Shown here: positions 27,001-35,051 of the stretch, piece by piece
How the letters are laid out: each line of letters begins with the position of its first letter
Position numbering within the stretch: position 1 is the first letter of the stretch
Source: a virus
Length of the DNA stretch: 64,000 nucleotides
Direction: 5' to 3' (one strand)
Virus record (IMG/VR): IMGVR_UViG_3300043449_002292
Location: 64,001 to 128,000 of that record
Notes under the pieces: generated by a model
What the model was told of the DNA's origin: nothing
Databases searched by the model: none
What the model saw: the letters and a program-made list of their open reading frames with translations, nothing else
Program-made: the position numbers and the translations under genes

Positions 27001-27184
27001 GGTCGAGGCCACCGAAGCGTGCCTCGAAGTCCGAGAACGACGCGACGATGGTGGGCACGAAGGCAGGACCGGATGCGGCTGCACCGATGAGACCGCCAGG
27101 AACCCCAGTGGGCTGGGCTCCGGGTGCGGTGAGCTCAATCTCCTGCTCGAAAAATCCAGGAGAGCGAAATACCTGTTCCGACAT
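24071..27184 (-). CDS. gp18: Tail sheath protein, copy 1 (gp18-like)
   Basis: SPGFFEQEIE, GPAFVP, PWYAPAGFNR, INPIATFPG, FGQKTL, SAFDRVNVRRL, FEPND, PTRAVEFIAVDF. Confidence 0.93.
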   Translation of the reverse strand: MSEQVFRSPGFFEQEIELTAPGAQPTGVPGGLIGAAASGPAFVPTIVASFSDFEARFGGLDPDRPASYAANEWLKNKGALTFIRVLGAGANATTSDFSTTAGQGTVRNAGFKVLGSTVAQPPTDLRKTGAVQFLVARHKLPSDTSTPSEWRGFPVFSDNPSFNPTSNDTINVVRGMLFFPTGARGMVLDMTGAASQWSGTGAAFDDIASTDLDSNSTTYKKFKFVISSSQGATFGTTDSVSGVRILTASFDPNATDYFGKVLNTDPRKFQDEQHLLYVDFPVEDELAPIDTTGDSCIAIASGSNDLFLQKFGRYDTRYTTPRTPAIISQPYGGFEYDLFHFETLTDGSSGNDLFKISIVNMKASTDPKNPYGTFDVLVRDLFDTDTSTKVLESFTGCDLNPNSTNYVAKKIGDRKVTFNFDAADESEQRLLISGKFPNASRRIRVRISSQLDSGAVPTNALPFGFRGVPVVRTTQTLTDTQSALIIGTRTYGSGGGVLPRLACSSSIATGLTGSIVPPLPFRFKATRGTVDGSSYIGSPGILEIPDSRLHWGVKFEKLVPSGTVSGKIENSVMDANAGYAFNPLVLAYSKFQGIQKLDALLTGSDADAFNANKFTLARVALSNQTLSDVTGTIEAHMKEAAYIRNGVPDAVDYRITDSSLSRLTFASLLSGSVNTFNKFSEYAKFSTIFYGGFDGLNVLDAAAARLGDRATSTDTGGLAVGGSEPLARSGLGYDPAGDNLSNNAINSYRVASKLMTDKLTVNVNVIATPGIKEPLITDYITRRLPSYALGMYVLDMPSYTDANVRIFEDSGTKPNVTKTTDALTARAINSNYVATYFPDVFVNDTTTNRKVKVPASVAALGAIGYGDRVSYPWYAPAGFNRAALDFVGNVEVRLSAADRDYLYENSINPIATFPGSGFVIFGQKTLQLSKSAFDRVNVRRLFLELKRIILGVARGLLFEPNDATTRKTFVDRATPLLSLVKAQAGVEQFRIICDDTNNTQADVEASRLNGRIIVVPTRAVEFIAVDFIITPAGVEFV

Positions 27185-27250
27185 CAGTTGCTCCTAATCT
27201 TAATGGGCTAATCAAAAGCTAAGTATGTCATAGGAGCGGAAACGACGCAG

Positions 27251-28516
27251 TCATTTTAAGTCCTTGTCGGACTTTGCGATTCTCCTGACGGTCGTGAGAA
27301 CTTCCTCTCCGTGGGCCGCAGAAACCCTCCTGACCCTCACGGTCACGTCCATGGGTTTACCCGTTATGGGATCCTCGGTGAGTCTCCTGGTGGTGCTGCG
27401 GGTTCGCAGCGAGGTAGATTCCATGCCTCCCACAGCCGTCGTCGGATTCTCCCGAATCCCGCTTCCGACCCGCTGGTTTCCACCCGCTGCGCGCTCAGCC
27501 TGACGATCCGTGCTTGTGCCGATGGAACCTTGAATCTCCGGCCCGTCGACGGTCGCGATGGGATCGAGGATCCTAGAATCGATCCGCATGTCGGCGAAGT
27601 TGCCCGGGGGCTCCGGATCGACCATGCCGTTGATTATTCCGAACGAGAACTGGGTCGCTGAGACTGTCCTCCTGATGCCGTTCGGAATTCCAGGTGATGA
27701 TGGCAGGACGATGAAGGCTGGGATGGAGGCCTTCAGGGTGTGCTTGATCGCGCGTTCATCATCGCTCATGTTGTCGAACGTGGTCTCGGACGAGACATCG
27801 GGGTCGAATGTGGCGTTGAACCAGTAACCCGAATCCGTCTCAAGGCGGTAAGATCTCGCGCGGACGTTGTGGTAACCGCTCAGTATCGTGGTCAGGATCT
27901 CGTTGCTATGCTGCATGAACTGCGTCCATAGGGTGATCTCGTAGCTTGCTGTGAAGAATTTCGGAACTGGGATGGAGATTGTCTCGTAAATTCCAGCACC
28001 GAGATTAGGCTCGAGAAGGCGACCACCTGCCATCCGCCCTGGTCGATCCAGACTGTCACGTCTGGAGCCGGTGGTTGGTGCTCCCACAGATTCCAGGCCG
28101 AGCGAGTTGATCACACGCTGGTAGATGGGATCGTCCTCGGACAGTCGACGCTTCACATCGATCGTGCCGATGTCACCCATCTCAATGATCTTCTGCGCTT
28201 CCTGCGCAACACCTGACCTCTGTATCGTGATCAGCGGAAGTATCAATGCGCCGTTCTTGTCCCGCAGCGGTTGCTTCCTGCGGGTGATCGCGAAACGCTC
28301 ACCTGTCGCGAAGATGATGGGAACCTTCTTCGTGGATCCATCCTTCTGCCTGTAGATGAGGGGCAGGTCCTTGTCGAAGAGGTTGAAGAGCGCGCGGTCG
28401 ACGTCCTCCAACCCGACGCTCGGGATGACCAGATCCTCGGGAACTGCCGAACCCTCGTAACCAAGATCGATCTTGTCGCGTCCGTAGCGCTTCCCAACAG
28501 CATACCTTGTGCTCAT
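27251..28516 (-). CDS. Tail terminator / sheath stabiliser (T4 gp15-like), putative
   Basis: VPIIFATGERF, ILPLITIQR, PVP....SYEITLWTQFMQHSNEILTTI; between neck and sheath genes. Confidence 0.65.
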   Translation of the reverse strand: MSTRYAVGKRYGRDKIDLGYEGSAVPEDLVIPSVGLEDVDRALFNLFDKDLPLIYRQKDGSTKKVPIIFATGERFAITRRKQPLRDKNGALILPLITIQRSGVAQEAQKIIEMGDIGTIDVKRRLSEDDPIYQRVINSLGLESVGAPTTGSRRDSLDRPGRMAGGRLLEPNLGAGIYETISIPVPKFFTASYEITLWTQFMQHSNEILTTILSGYHNVRARSYRLETDSGYWFNATFDPDVSSETTFDNMSDDERAIKHTLKASIPAFIVLPSSPGIPNGIRRTVSATQFSFGIINGMVDPEPPGNFADMRIDSRILDPIATVDGPEIQGSIGTSTDRQAERAAGGNQRVGSGIRENPTTAVGGMESTSLRTRSTTRRLTEDPITGKPMDVTVRVRRVSAAHGEEVLTTVRRIAKSDKDLK

Positions 28517-29166
28517 TCGTCACCGTAGAATGATGAGTTGATCCCATCAGGAGAGACCTTCTTGGGTCCGGTGATGGGAGCATCGAGCTTACCGTCCGCC
28601 TGCAACTCGCGCCGGTCCGCCGTTGTGCCGAGCTCGTTCGTAGCCGCCCCTCGTTGCTGGACGAAGGTGTCCTGGGAAACCCGCTCCGTCTCGTATGTTG
28701 CCGCGGCGGGGCCCTGGAACGCCTTGTCGATGAGACCCTCGCGAGCCTGCTTACCCATCAACTTGTAACCCGTCACGTGCTCCACCTGCCCGAAGATCTT
28801 GCTGATCGTGATGACCTGGGTAATCTCGAAGAAAACTGCACCGTATGAGAAGAAATCTCCCATTTTTAAGCGAAGCCCCTTATCGACGAGGTCCTGAGAG
28901 TGTATCCTCACCTCAATCGCGTGGAACTTCTCACTGCCGAACTTGTTCGTCTTTACCTCGCCCGCCGACCACTCAACGAGAGCATCGATCTCGAGCGGCG
29001 CATCGAACACCTTCTCGGTCGACTCCTCGTAAACATCGTGAACCTGCGTGACATCGACACGGATCGGATAATAGAAGATCTTCTGGCCGATAACGTCCTT
29101 GATGATCTCCTTTGTGAGGTCGCTGATTAGATCAAGCTCACGGGGTGTGATGAAGAGCCGCGCCAT
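28513..29166 (-). CDS. Neck / head-closure protein (T4 gp14-like), putative
   Basis: IGQKIFYYPI...VYEE...KFG...GDFF..G..FFEI; follows the gp13-like gene. Confidence 0.65.
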   Translation of the reverse strand: MARLFITPRELDLISDLTKEIIKDVIGQKIFYYPIRVDVTQVHDVYEESTEKVFDAPLEIDALVEWSAGEVKTNKFGSEKFHAIEVRIHSQDLVDKGLRLKMGDFFSYGAVFFEITQVITISKIFGQVEHVTGYKLMGKQAREGLIDKAFQGPAAATYETERVSQDTFVQQRGAATNELGTTADRRELQADGKLDAPITGPKKVSPDGINSSFYGDE

Positions 29167-29169
29167 GCA

Positions 29170-30342
29170 TCACCCGATGGTGATCACGCGGCCCATAGGA
29201 ACCGGGATCGCCTTGAGTATCTTCTGTTGATTATCAATCTCGGAAGCTTTCGTCTCGATGAGCTTGTTGTATGTCATCGAGTCGAGCATCTCCTTCAGGT
29301 CCGTCCTCAGCTTTTCCTTCTCCTCCTTCCCGGCTGATTTCAGGTCGCCTCCATCAAGCTGGAGCTCGCCGCCCGGGATCGGAACCGATCCAAATTTTGA
29401 CCTGATCATACCGAGCAGCTCCTTGCAGAGCGCGAGGGTGTACTGCCTCACCCACTGACGTGCCATGGAGTTGACCCGTGAATACTGGAAATTACCGTAG
29501 GGAACGTTGGAGAGGTTCGAGACGCCGTTGATGGAGTTGTCGGTAAAAGCTGGTGTCAATGGGTTGGACTCAAAGCCCACGCGAACCCAAAGCTTCAACG
29601 GGTTCTCGGCGGTGGGGGTCGGAAAGATCCTAATCTTCGTGCCTGTCACCCTGTAGCTGTAGTTTGAGCGACGGACGCGGTTGGAGATGTTCATCTGCCC
29701 GCCGCGGAGGATATCCTCGAAGACTGGTAGGACGTAGAAGACGGTCTCCGGTGTGAACGACTCGAACGAGAACTCGTTGTTGAGGTAGTTGATCGCCGAA
29801 GTGGTATCGAAGAACCTGTATGCAGCCGAGGGATTGAAGTGCATGATCTCGAAGACACGCATCTTCCGATGCTCAGGGTTGAGGGATGAGCTGACGATAG
29901 GGGTGTTCGTTGCTGGATCCACGAGATCGGTGTAGAGATCGTAGTCCTGGACATTCTGGCGGAGCTGTATCGACCCAGAGACCGAGTTGTACGTTCCTCC
30001 GAGGCCTGCCTCCACAGCGTAGGGCTCCGCGAGACGTATGATGTAGTTCAGCGTGTCGCGTGGAAACTTCTGGGTCGCGCTATCGAGGCTGCTCGTCTGC
30101 ATTCCAAGCAGCGAGAGCAGCTGGCTCTTCGCCTGGTACTGGTTGACGATCGAGCCGTACTCAAGGAATGCCTCCTCGAAGCAAGCCCAGATCTGCTTCC
30201 TGGTGAGCTCGACCGAGAGTATATCATCCCCGAGCCGTCGCTTCACGAAGGTGATCATCGCGTCCGCCTCGGTCTGAAAGTTCGAGTCGGAATCGAAGAA
30301 GCCGAATGGTGTCGGACTTAGTGTGCTGGTAAACGATGACAT
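29170..30342 (-). CDS. Neck protein (T4 gp13-like adaptor)
   Basis: VKRRLG..ILSVELT..QI..C.EEA; WVRQYTLALCKELLGMIRSKFGSVPIPGGELQLDG. Confidence 0.85.
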   Translation of the reverse strand: MSSFTSTLSPTPFGFFDSDSNFQTEADAMITFVKRRLGDDILSVELTRKQIWACFEEAFLEYGSIVNQYQAKSQLLSLLGMQTSSLDSATQKFPRDTLNYIIRLAEPYAVEAGLGGTYNSVSGSIQLRQNVQDYDLYTDLVDPATNTPIVSSSLNPEHRKMRVFEIMHFNPSAAYRFFDTTSAINYLNNEFSFESFTPETVFYVLPVFEDILRGGQMNISNRVRRSNYSYRVTGTKIRIFPTPTAENPLKLWVRVGFESNPLTPAFTDNSINGVSNLSNVPYGNFQYSRVNSMARQWVRQYTLALCKELLGMIRSKFGSVPIPGGELQLDGGDLKSAGKEEKEKLRTDLKEMLDSMTYNKLIETKASEIDNQQKILKAIPVPMGRVITIG

Positions 30343-30359
30343 CGCTCTTCCCCAGCCCT

Positions 30360-30392
30360 AAATAGGAACGAGCAGGGAACACCTGCTCGTTC
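30360..30392 (-). terminator. Hairpin (terminator-like) closing the 30415-34946 cassette
   Basis: GAACGAGCAGG-TGTTC-CCTGCTCGTTC, 11 bp perfect stem, followed by CTATTT that also forms a late-promoter-like CTATTTAG. Confidence 0.6.
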
Positions 30393-30414
30393 TCTAATCA
30401 ATTGTTTTTCGATC

Positions 30415-31623
30415 TCAGACGAAGGAGGAAATCAGCATCCGACGACCACCACGATTCATACTGTCCATCAGGTGATGGGCTGCCGAGAACTGATACATCT
30501 CAACGGCGAGCTTACGCATCTCGCTCTCATACAGGGCGGCCCTTCGAGCACGTATCCTGGACTCCGACATCGTCTTCGCACCTGCTGGCGCAGCAGGACG
30601 AATCGCAGCTGCCGCCCCAGCGGTCGCTGCCGACGCTTTAGCAAGGCCACGGGAGGCTGCGTCCAGGGCGTTCGCGATCATGGTGCGAACAGCATTAGCG
30701 GCTTTACCTGCAAGACCGATAAGAAAATCTATGAAGGATATGAAAGCCATTCCCGTCATGATAGCGCCCACACCGACCGCAGTCAAGAGAGTTTCCACTG
30801 CAGCCACAGCACTTTTGAGCGTGTTCTTTATGAAGTTTAGAACCTCCTGAAGACCTGCTTTCATGGCACTTTGAACGTTGGTTACAAAGTTTGCCCATGC
30901 CGTGCCCATGGCGTCCTTAAAAATTTTCAGGTTGCAGTCTGTCGCAAACTTCTGTTTCGCCCGAAGCTGATCATTTATCAATGTGCTAAGAGCAGAGAAC
31001 GTTCCTGCGAGGGCCTCAATCGCTCCCTCGGACAATCCTGCGGTGAACGCGGCGCCCGCCATGCGAGCGGCAGTCTGGAGAGCGCCCGTGAGTCCACCCT
31101 GTCCGCCAGCCGTGCGTAAACTGCTCGCCATCTTGGAGAAGGTGCTGGCAGTCGCTTCCTGTATTCTCTCGGTTGCGATCAGCTCTGCTGTCACAGCTCC
31201 CACCCTTCCTGCCAGTCCGACCGCGGCGAGGGCGTCGGGTAGACTCTTCACAAAAACTTCGATTCTACAGGCGTCGTCCACACCTGGACGGCCCGGGACG
31301 TCAGGGCTCGGAGGGGCACCGCCACCGCCAGCCGCAGCGGGCTTATTCTTCAGCTGGGCAGCGACAGCCATGATGGCCGTGGCAGCCTTCGATCCGGCGG
31401 CAACGGGCTTCAGCGGCTGACCTAGCTTCGCTGTCTGAACCGCGTTGGTGCTGATATCGGCGCTGTAGCTGTAGGTGGCATCCTGCCACGTGACCACGTT
31501 ACCGGCGACCTTCACATTCTTTGCCTCCGCAGCTTGAGCAGCAGTGGAAGCCTGCTCCATGAGGTATGATCTCCTCATCTCCTGGTTGACGATGGCACGA
31601 AGCTGTGACTCAGTTATCCTCAT
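30415..31623 (-). CDS. Ala-rich protein with hydrophobic helix; putative internal head/ejection protein
   Basis: N-terminal MRITESQLRAIVNQEM, SD AGGAG, hydrophobic LLTAVGVGAIMTGMAFISFIDFLIGLAG. Confidence 0.65.
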   Translation of the reverse strand: MRITESQLRAIVNQEMRRSYLMEQASTAAQAAEAKNVKVAGNVVTWQDATYSYSADISTNAVQTAKLGQPLKPVAAGSKAATAIMAVAAQLKNKPAAAGGGGAPPSPDVPGRPGVDDACRIEVFVKSLPDALAAVGLAGRVGAVTAELIATERIQEATASTFSKMASSLRTAGGQGGLTGALQTAARMAGAAFTAGLSEGAIEALAGTFSALSTLINDQLRAKQKFATDCNLKIFKDAMGTAWANFVTNVQSAMKAGLQEVLNFIKNTLKSAVAAVETLLTAVGVGAIMTGMAFISFIDFLIGLAGKAANAVRTMIANALDAASRGLAKASAATAGAAAAIRPAAPAGAKTMSESRIRARRAALYESEMRKLAVEMYQFSAAHHLMDSMNRGGRRMLISSFV

Positions 31624-31639
31624 TTTATCTCCTAAAATC

Positions 31640-33412
31640 TTATCTATCTACGAGAATATGCTCAAGCAGCGATTTTAGCAGGATTCTCCTGCCATCTTGG
31701 ATATCACCGCGTTCCCCTTTAACTATTCCCCAGTACATGTTTTTCATCTCCTGGTTCAGGTTTTTTGGAACGTAGCTATCGAATGATGACTTATCACCAG
31801 CCGCGATGAATCCACGCATCATGGTTCCTGAGATCTGCGTGGTTTCCGACCTTGGAACTGCGACCTGCTGGAACTTCTCCAGCACGGCAGGATCTTTGAT
31901 CGTGCTCCTCATCTTGGCAGGGGAGTACTTGACTTTCGCATCCTCAACATCGGAGTAGAAGATGAAGCGACTGACGATGCCCTTCAGGTCTCGCATCTTG
32001 TTCACCGCAATATCGAGCGGTGACTCCTGGCTGATGATGAGCGTCGCGTTTGGAAAGTCCTTGTGAAACTGTGGCTCCAGCACCGACTTCCAGGCATCGA
32101 TCATGACACCGGCTGGCAGCTCATCCCTTCCTGCGATCGATGTGATGATGAGAGCCTCGTCGCACTCACTCGCGACCCGACCGATCATCTTCCAGTGACC
32201 GTCATGAACCGGTTTACCCGCGAGGACGAAGATACCGACAGTGATCCCATTCCTGTCACCGATCTCGACTCGCTTCATGATCCTCGTCTTCGTTGTCAGG
32301 AACAGGTCCTCCTGCCGCTGTATCAGCTCCTTCTTCCGGTGGAAGAGACGACCCAGCCTGTTCGAGATCGCCGCATCGAAGTAGCACTCGTTATGGATCC
32401 GCTCCAGCAAATCGTTCATCTCGGACTCCTTGATGTTACGATTCTGGGCTGGAGCAAACTCAGCGACAATCTCATCCGCGATGGTGATGATCGAACTCCA
32501 GTAGGCCTGCTCGATCGGAGGCGTTTCCCGGAACTTATCTTTCACAGCTCCGCGGGTGGTCTCATCATGTTGGTCGGGGTTTAGGGCCTTGTAAAGAGCC
32601 CTCGTGGTCGATGTCCTCATCACGACGCCCTCGGCTGGGGACAGATCCGTCTCCGTCGAGAGAGAGGTCTTGAACTCCGAGAACACCTTGTAGATCACAT
32701 CGATGATACGAAGGGGACGATCCGGTGAGCGATCGTTGTATGCATCGTTGAGTGAGCTGAACACTTCATTGAAACGACGCTCGATCGCCTTGTTCCTGAT
32801 GCCCGCCCTGAAATCATTGATGCTGGAGAGCTTCCCGTCGAACATCACTGGATACGTTTTCACCCCTAGCAGCCGAGCGTATCGCTCCAGCATGTCATCA
32901 TCATCGACAGGTGTCATGTTGCTGACGAGATGGGTTCCAGTGAGCTTGTAGTGGCATGGTCCGAAGAGCGTCAGGAAGATCCCATGCTTCTGGGGGTAAT
33001 CACGGGTGATTGTCGCCTTGCGTTGCACGAACTCGAGGAAGAACTCGGTTCCCTGTGGAATCTCCGCGGTCTGATGATGCATCCGCTCAAGCAGGGAATG
33101 AACGAGAGCATACTGCGCCGTTCCCGCCGAGTGCGCTCGGATCTCCTCCTCACGCTTTCCGAGTCCACGAATCTCACTTGGAAAGATCAGGTTACCCCTG
33201 TAGGCAACGTGCCAGTTCTTCGCGTAATCGTTCGGATCGAACTCGTTGTTGCGACGGATGAGGGTAAGCTTCGTTCCGTCGATCTTCTCAACTATCCTGA
33301 CGTTATCATCGAGAAACTGCCTTGCCTTGCGACGATCATTCTCACGCTCGCGTGGGGTAGCATCATCGCGGATCATGACCTTCCTAAGGTCCTTGATGGA
33401 GATGTCGGCCAT
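31640..33412 (-). CDS. Fusion: ATP-dependent ligase-type nucleotidyltransferase (RNA ligase-like) plus HIGH-family cytidylyl/adenylyltransferase
   Basis: Ligase motifs I EKIDGT, III EFFLEFV, IV AEGVVMR, V LYKA; C-terminal GIFVLAGKPVHDGHWKMI (HxGH) and QISGTMMR...FDSYVP. Confidence 0.8.
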   Translation of the reverse strand: MADISIKDLRKVMIRDDATPRERENDRRKARQFLDDNVRIVEKIDGTKLTLIRRNNEFDPNDYAKNWHVAYRGNLIFPSEIRGLGKREEEIRAHSAGTAQYALVHSLLERMHHQTAEIPQGTEFFLEFVQRKATITRDYPQKHGIFLTLFGPCHYKLTGTHLVSNMTPVDDDDMLERYARLLGVKTYPVMFDGKLSSINDFRAGIRNKAIERRFNEVFSSLNDAYNDRSPDRPLRIIDVIYKVFSEFKTSLSTETDLSPAEGVVMRTSTTRALYKALNPDQHDETTRGAVKDKFRETPPIEQAYWSSIITIADEIVAEFAPAQNRNIKESEMNDLLERIHNECYFDAAISNRLGRLFHRKKELIQRQEDLFLTTKTRIMKRVEIGDRNGITVGIFVLAGKPVHDGHWKMIGRVASECDEALIITSIAGRDELPAGVMIDAWKSVLEPQFHKDFPNATLIISQESPLDIAVNKMRDLKGIVSRFIFYSDVEDAKVKYSPAKMRSTIKDPAVLEKFQQVAVPRSETTQISGTMMRGFIAAGDKSSFDSYVPKNLNQEMKNMYWGIVKGERGDIQDGRRILLKSLLEHILVDR

Positions 33413-33416
33413 CAGA

Positions 33417-34946
33417 TCACCCCAGCATCATGTTAACAAGACGATTGATCCGACGGCGAGTCGACTCATCGACCCCAACGTCTTCTGTGTCCTCGATGAA
33501 CCCCTTCTGTCCGCGCACCGTGTACTTATCATAGAACTCTTTCTTCATCGCCTCCACATCCATCGTTGATGCATCAGCGTCAGGCAGGGCATTCTTGAAA
33601 GTTTCGATGATAGCTTCCTTCACACTCTTATCCTCTTGTGGGTCGGTGGCTGATATCTTCTGGGCACGGCGTCCGTAGAGCCTGATCACCAGCTCCTCGT
33701 ATACTTTGACGATCTCAGGAGGTGAGAACCTCTCCTTCATCAGGTCAAGAATACCAACGAAGGACTGGAAGTCCTCCAATTCCCTCTCTGTGGGCTCCGA
33801 CTCGCTCCCGAACAGTGACTTAAAGATCTGCTTGACGATCCGAATCGCACCAGAGCGCTCGGATCGTTTGAGGTACTTGTACACCTCATCACCATTATAA
33901 GTCCAGTCAAGCTTTTTGTATCGTTCCCCTAGTCCAGTTACAAGATCCACTGACAGCAGGGAACGTAAGCGGACAGGTCTCATTGAAGCGGCCTTGATCT
34001 CACGCTTCACCTGCGTGAGAGCCTGTGCGTATGCAGACTCAGGTTTCTTCTTGGGGAAGTCCCTGAGGATCTTTTTCATCTCCTCCTGCGCGCGGGCCTC
34101 GATCTCCTCATCGGTCGGGGACACAAAATCAGGATCCTTCGTCATGCTGATCCCAGGATCCTCAGCGGTCGCTGACGGTGTCGCAAGACGCGCGTTGATC
34201 GGCATGGGCGACCTGATGGTGGCGATCGACATCAGGATCATCTTGTGGGCGAGTCCCTTGACGCCAGCCTCGATATCACGCCATGATGATGAGTGCGAGA
34301 ATCGTGCCCACTCGGAGGGCTTCCCACCTTCATACTCCGATGATTCGAAATCGATCTGGAAGAAGGTATCACCCTCACCCGGAGAAGCCGCAGGATCCCA
34401 GGTGTAGGCGAAGAGAGCATTCATCTGATCCGTGCCGGGAGAGTGCTTATTATGCCCGATGTACGCGATGCGATCCGTGAGCGACTGATCCTCAAGGCGT
34501 GTGAGGGTTGCGAAGAGCTCCTCCGCCCTCTCCTCCGGGATCGTGAGGTCGATATCGCCCACCGTGGGCTTGAACTTGATGAACCTCTCATCGGGCATCT
34601 TCTCGCGTGGAGCGAAGAGGTGGGCGGAGGAGCCGTTGAACGCGAAGCCCGTCCCGAGGATCTCATCGCGGGTTTCAGGATCCCAGAGCGGATGACCATG
34701 ATCACGTTTGAAACGATCGTCGAGCGCCACGAGCGCCTTGATCACCTCACGTCGGAAGTCCTCCCTCGTGATGCGACCGCCCTTCAGATCGATCTTCTCG
34801 GCATAAGCTTCCTTACCACGAAAGGTCTTCACCCGCTCTGGGCTGATGACTCGACCTGTCTCCGGATCACGAACGAGAGCTCGGGTGTTGCCACCCTCGA
34901 CAAGCCCATCATACGATCCAAAGATAAAATTGGCGATGCTGAACAT
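33417..34946 (-). CDS. DNA polymerase beta-superfamily nucleotidyltransferase, putative
   Basis: FNGSS...VGDIDLTI (GS plus DxD) and third acidic strand FFQIDF; downstream GVKGLAHK helix. Confidence 0.7.
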   Translation of the reverse strand: MFSIANFIFGSYDGLVEGGNTRALVRDPETGRVISPERVKTFRGKEAYAEKIDLKGGRITREDFRREVIKALVALDDRFKRDHGHPLWDPETRDEILGTGFAFNGSSAHLFAPREKMPDERFIKFKPTVGDIDLTIPEERAEELFATLTRLEDQSLTDRIAYIGHNKHSPGTDQMNALFAYTWDPAASPGEGDTFFQIDFESSEYEGGKPSEWARFSHSSSWRDIEAGVKGLAHKMILMSIATIRSPMPINARLATPSATAEDPGISMTKDPDFVSPTDEEIEARAQEEMKKILRDFPKKKPESAYAQALTQVKREIKAASMRPVRLRSLLSVDLVTGLGERYKKLDWTYNGDEVYKYLKRSERSGAIRIVKQIFKSLFGSESEPTERELEDFQSFVGILDLMKERFSPPEIVKVYEELVIRLYGRRAQKISATDPQEDKSVKEAIIETFKNALPDADASTMDVEAMKKEFYDKYTVRGQKGFIEDTEDVGVDESTRRRINRLVNMMLG

Positions 34947-34981
34947 TTAGCCTTCGCTTCTCCGTATGAATACATATAGCG

Positions 34982-35028
34982 CTCAACGGCAAGCAGGTCA
35001 TCATCTACTGAGCCCGCTTACCGTTGAG
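34982..35028 (-). other. Long RNA hairpin between the decoration-like gene and the nucleotidyltransferase cassette
   Basis: CUCAACGGUAAGCGGG pairs with CCUGCUUGCCGUUGAG (16 bp, two G-U) plus UCA/UGA; no U-tract. Confidence 0.7.
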
Positions 35029-35051
35029 TTGTATCTCTGAGCCGAGCTGTA

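Noticed and set aside
7701-30342. Extracellular contractile injection system or tailocin (two sheaths, LysM, tube)
   Set aside because: Contiguous capsid, portal, protease, terminase, tape measure and replication genes show it is a phage tail.
31640-34946. Known NAD-reconstitution pathway (NARP1/NARP2) or CBASS
   Set aside because: No PRPP-synthetase-like, Nampt-like or Cap effector gene is visible nearby, and the ligase fusion does not fit either described system.
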